Positions 60,655-64,000 of a DNA stretch of 64,000 bases are shown here, one piece after another. Made by a program: the position numbers and the translations under genes. This DNA is from Anthoceros angustus (taxonomy: Eukaryota; Plantae; Anthocerotophyta). A model generated the notes under the pieces. That model saw only the letters and a list, made by a program, of their open reading frames with translations. It ran no database searches and was not told where the DNA came from. The DNA is taken from NCBI GenBank assembly GCA_010909165.1, contig MU008157.1, positions 620,001 through 684,000 of the forward strand, written 5' to 3'. Each line of letters starts with the position of its first letter. Position 1 is the stretch's first letter.

Positions 60655-63600
60655 TTAAGTCTTGATGGACTTTTTATTAACCGTAACCAAAAAACTGTGC
60701 ACCACTCCGTCCGGGTCTGTCCACCAGCTCTGACCCGGCTGCTTCCAGGCCCCGATTATTTTTCTTCGTCTCCGCATATCCTCTGCATGGTCCCACATCT
60801 GTGCACTGATGTATACATTTGCCATCAACGTGTAAGCAGCGGCATCCTTCTTGTCTAGCTTTACTGCTTCATCGAAAGCATGGCATGCTACCACCACGTT
60901 GCTCCACTTTTGACAAGCACCCAAGAGTGTGTGCCACACTACAGCAGTAGGCACTAGGGGCATGGTTGTTATCAAAGTCAGTGCCTCATCTAGACGACCT
61001 GCACGGCCCAGGAGATCGACCATGCAGGAGTAGTGCTCCACTGTGGGAGTGATGCCGTAGTGTTTGCTCATGGCCTTGAAGTATTCTTTCCCCTTGTCTA
61101 CTAGGCCTGCATGGCTGCACGCTGTTAGAACACTAAGGAAAGTGATGCCGAGCGGCTGTACACCATCCTTTCTCATCCTGTGGAGCAAGTTGAAAACCAC
61201 TTCACTGTCTCCTTGGGAACTGTAGCCTGCAATCAGTGCAGTCCAAGTGACAACGTCTCTTTCAGGCAACGCATCAAACACCTGCTGTGCATCAACCATG
61301 CTCCCCGACTTCCCATACATGTTTATCAAACTGCCAGCTACACATACATTAGCTTCAAGCCCTTGTTCTTCAATCTGCGCGTGTATCTGCCTTCCCAGAT
61401 TCAAAGCCGCCACATTTGCACATGCTTGCAGGAGGCACACAAATGTCACAGAATCGGGTACAGCCATGCCGTCTTCCTGCATGGTAGCGTAGAGACGAAG
61501 GGCTTCCTGGCCCATGCCCTGCTGGGAGTACCCTGCTATCATGGCATTCCATGTCACCACATCCTTTTGCCCAAGTCCGTCAAACACTGCGTGCGCATCT
61601 TGCACGCTGCCACACTTTGCATACATACTTACCAAACTGTTGGCTACAACGGGATCAGCTTGAAGTCCCTGTTCCCTAATCTGTGCATGAAGATGCGTGC
61701 CCTTCTCCAAAGCTGGGTGGCCGACAAATGCACAAGCTTGCAGGAGAGACACAAATGTCACTGAATTGGGTACGGCGATGCCTTCTTCTTGCATAGCACT
61801 GTACAGGCGAAGGGCTTCCTGTCCCATGCCCTGCTGGGAATACCCTGCTATCATGGCACTCCACGTCACCACATTCTTTTGCCCAAGTCCGTTAAACACA
61901 CTCTGAGCATCTTCCAAGCGGCCACACTTTGCGTACATGTTCACCAAACTGCTAGCCACAAACACATCAGCTTGGTGTCCTCGTTTTCTGATTTGGGTAT
62001 GAAGCCGCTTCCCCATCTCTAGAGCTGGGGTGCCGACACTTGCGCACGCCTGCAGGAGGGATGCAAAAGTCACAGCATCGGGTACAGCAATGCCTTCTTT
62101 TTGCATGTCACTGTACAGTAGAAGAGCTTCCTGCCCCATGCCCTGCTGGGAATACCGCGCTATCATGGCATTCCATGTTGCCACATCTTTTTGACCAAGT
62201 CTGTCAAATACACTGTAAGCATCCTCTAGACGTCCACACTTCGCATACATGTTCACCAAACTGCTCGCTACAAACACATCAGCTTCAAGTCCGCGTTCTC
62301 TTATTAGCGCATGAAGCTGCTTGCCCTCCTCCAAAGCTGGGGTGCCCACACTAGCACATGCCTGCAGGAGGCATACAAATGTGACAGAATTGGGTATGGC
62401 AATGCCTTCCTCTTGCATCAAACTGTAGTGTTGCAGGGCTTCCTGCCCCATGCCCTGCTGGGAATATCCTGCAATCAAAGCAGTCCAAGTCACTACATTT
62501 TTTTGACTGAGTCCATCAAACACCCTTTGAGCATCTTCCAAGTTGCCACACTTTGCATACATGTTTACCAAACTGCTGGCAACAACCACATCAGCCTGGT
62601 GACCTTCTTCTCTTATTTGAGTATGAAGCTGCTTCCCCTTCTCCAATGCAGGGGTCCCCACACTTGCACACGCCTGCAGAAGGCACACAAATGTCACAGA
62701 ATCAGGCACAGCTGTCTTATCTTCTAGCATTGCAGTGTAGAGAAGAAGGGCTTCCTGCCCCATGCCCTGCTGTGAATACCCTGTTATCATGGCATTCCAC
62801 GTGACCACAGTTTTTTGAACAAGTCCCTCAAACACTCTCTGAGCGTCTTCCAAACTACCGCACTTTGCATACATGTTTACCAAACTGTTGGATACGGACA
62901 CATCAGTGTCATGTCTTCGTTCCTTAATTTTGATATGAAGCTCCTTACCCATCCCCAGAGCCGGGGCGCCCACACTTGCACATGCTTGCAGGAGGCAAAC
63001 AAACGTTACAGAATTAGGTACAGCAATGCCTTCCTCTTGCATAGCCCTGTAGAGAGAAAGAGCTTCCTGGCCCATGCCCTGCTGGGAATATCCTGCGATC
63101 AAAGCAGTCCACGTCACAACATTCTTGGAACCAAGTCCGTCAAACACAGTCTGAGCGTCCTCTAGGCTGCCACACTTTGCATACATGTCCACTAAGCAGC
63201 AACAAACGAACGAATCAGGCTCCACACCAGTAGCCAACACATCAGCATGCACCTGCTGCCCAGTTTTCAAGTCCGATCCCCTTGCACAAGCCTGAAGGGC
63301 TGCCACAAAAACATGGCCATCTGGCTTCACACTTGACCTGCGCATCCAATGATACAGCTCTACGGCCTGCTTGTCTTGTCCGTGTTTAACATGCGCAGAA
63401 ATTATGGAAGACCACATGTAGGCGTCTGGTCTGGCAACCGAGGTGAACACATCCATCGCATCTTGCAACCTGCCATGAGACGCATACATTCGAAGGAGGT
63501 GGTTGCACAGGAACGTGTCCGACTGGTACCCCTTTTTCACCGTGAAAGCATGGACGCGGCTACCCAGAACTATGTCCTTCTGGGCTACACACTCCTTCAG

Positions 63601-63873
63601 CACAACATACAACAGGGATTCGGAGACACGAGAGTCCGTCTGCACCAGAGTTCCCACGGCCTCCACAGCCTCAGCGAGACGGCCCTGACAACATAGCGTG
63701 CACACCATTTCCGCCGTTACGCCTATTCTGCGAGAGTGAGGATCATCCGGCAAGCTCCAATTGGATTTGAACGCGGCACGACCCATTTCCTTCTCCATCT
63801 CCTTGTCCGAAGCAGCGAGCTGCGCATGCACCCAATTTGGCTTGTGGAAGACTAGCGATCGCTTCCTGTCCAT
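60655..63873 (-). CDS. PLS-class PPR protein with E domains and a short WW-type PG box; the ORF stays open to the window edge
   Basis: 1072-aa intronless ORF ending WKQPGQSWWTDPDGVVHSFLVTVNKKSIKT*. There is no in-frame stop from 63874 to 64000. Confidence 0.95.
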   Translation of the reverse strand: MDRKRSLVFHKPNWVHAQLAASDKEMEKEMGRAAFKSNWSLPDDPHSRRIGVTAEMVCTLCCQGRLAEAVEAVGTLVQTDSRVSESLLYVVLKECVAQKDIVLGSRVHAFTVKKGYQSDTFLCNHLLRMYASHGRLQDAMDVFTSVARPDAYMWSSIISAHVKHGQDKQAVELYHWMRRSSVKPDGHVFVAALQACARGSDLKTGQQVHADVLATGVEPDSFVCCCLVDMYAKCGSLEDAQTVFDGLGSKNVVTWTALIAGYSQQGMGQEALSLYRAMQEEGIAVPNSVTFVCLLQACASVGAPALGMGKELHIKIKERRHDTDVSVSNSLVNMYAKCGSLEDAQRVFEGLVQKTVVTWNAMITGYSQQGMGQEALLLYTAMLEDKTAVPDSVTFVCLLQACASVGTPALEKGKQLHTQIREEGHQADVVVASSLVNMYAKCGNLEDAQRVFDGLSQKNVVTWTALIAGYSQQGMGQEALQHYSLMQEEGIAIPNSVTFVCLLQACASVGTPALEEGKQLHALIRERGLEADVFVASSLVNMYAKCGRLEDAYSVFDRLGQKDVATWNAMIARYSQQGMGQEALLLYSDMQKEGIAVPDAVTFASLLQACASVGTPALEMGKRLHTQIRKRGHQADVFVASSLVNMYAKCGRLEDAQSVFNGLGQKNVVTWSAMIAGYSQQGMGQEALRLYSAMQEEGIAVPNSVTFVSLLQACAFVGHPALEKGTHLHAQIREQGLQADPVVANSLVSMYAKCGSVQDAHAVFDGLGQKDVVTWNAMIAGYSQQGMGQEALRLYATMQEDGMAVPDSVTFVCLLQACANVAALNLGRQIHAQIEEQGLEANVCVAGSLINMYGKSGSMVDAQQVFDALPERDVVTWTALIAGYSSQGDSEVVFNLLHRMRKDGVQPLGITFLSVLTACSHAGLVDKGKEYFKAMSKHYGITPTVEHYSCMVDLLGRAGRLDEALTLITTMPLVPTAVVWHTLLGACQKWSNVVVACHAFDEAVKLDKKDAAAYTLMANVYISAQMWDHAEDMRRRRKIIGAWKQPGQSWWTDPDGVVHSFLVTVNKKSIKT

Positions 63874-64000
63874 ACTTGGTCTGTTATCCCACCGGAGAAA
63901 TGGTCGCCGCAGGAGCTCCTGGCGACCACCCTTGGTGGCGGATCTGCCTCCAGCCAGACATCCTCTTGGACGGGCTGTCTTTGGTGCAAAGGTGTTGCAT

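Overview
Eukaryotic nuclear DNA from a land plant, most likely a hornwort. This is inferred from PLS-class PPR genes ending in the 'PGQSWW' WW-type PG box, short GT-AG introns and very short intergenic spacers. The window has four zones. (1) 1-21.3 kb is a nest of decayed transposons: GC-rich tandem repeats, a 5'-truncated Ty1/copia element with a 3' LTR and an antisense ORF, and a MULE/SWIM transposase split by a ~10-kb insertion with a 6-bp TSD that carries a DD(D/E) transposase and RING/Cys-rich cargo. (2) 21.3-31.4 kb holds a pogo-like MITE, RPS3a, and an AT-rich island with a multi-exon, motor-less MyTH4-FERM gene plus LINE remnants. (3) 32-55 kb is a dense housekeeping cluster: PPR, intronless ACBP4-like, RPN12, UBP23-like, a probable group II intron remnant, DPM3 plus a small ORF, NIFK/Nop15-like, a MITE, RBM7-like, a conserved unknown gene and an intronless pyruvate kinase. 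(4) 55-64 kb holds two convergent PLS-E/WW PPR genes, one with a 1.25-kb internal duplication and frameshifts. No tRNA, rRNA or CRISPR array was recognised. All calls come from reading the sequence by eye; no database searches were run.
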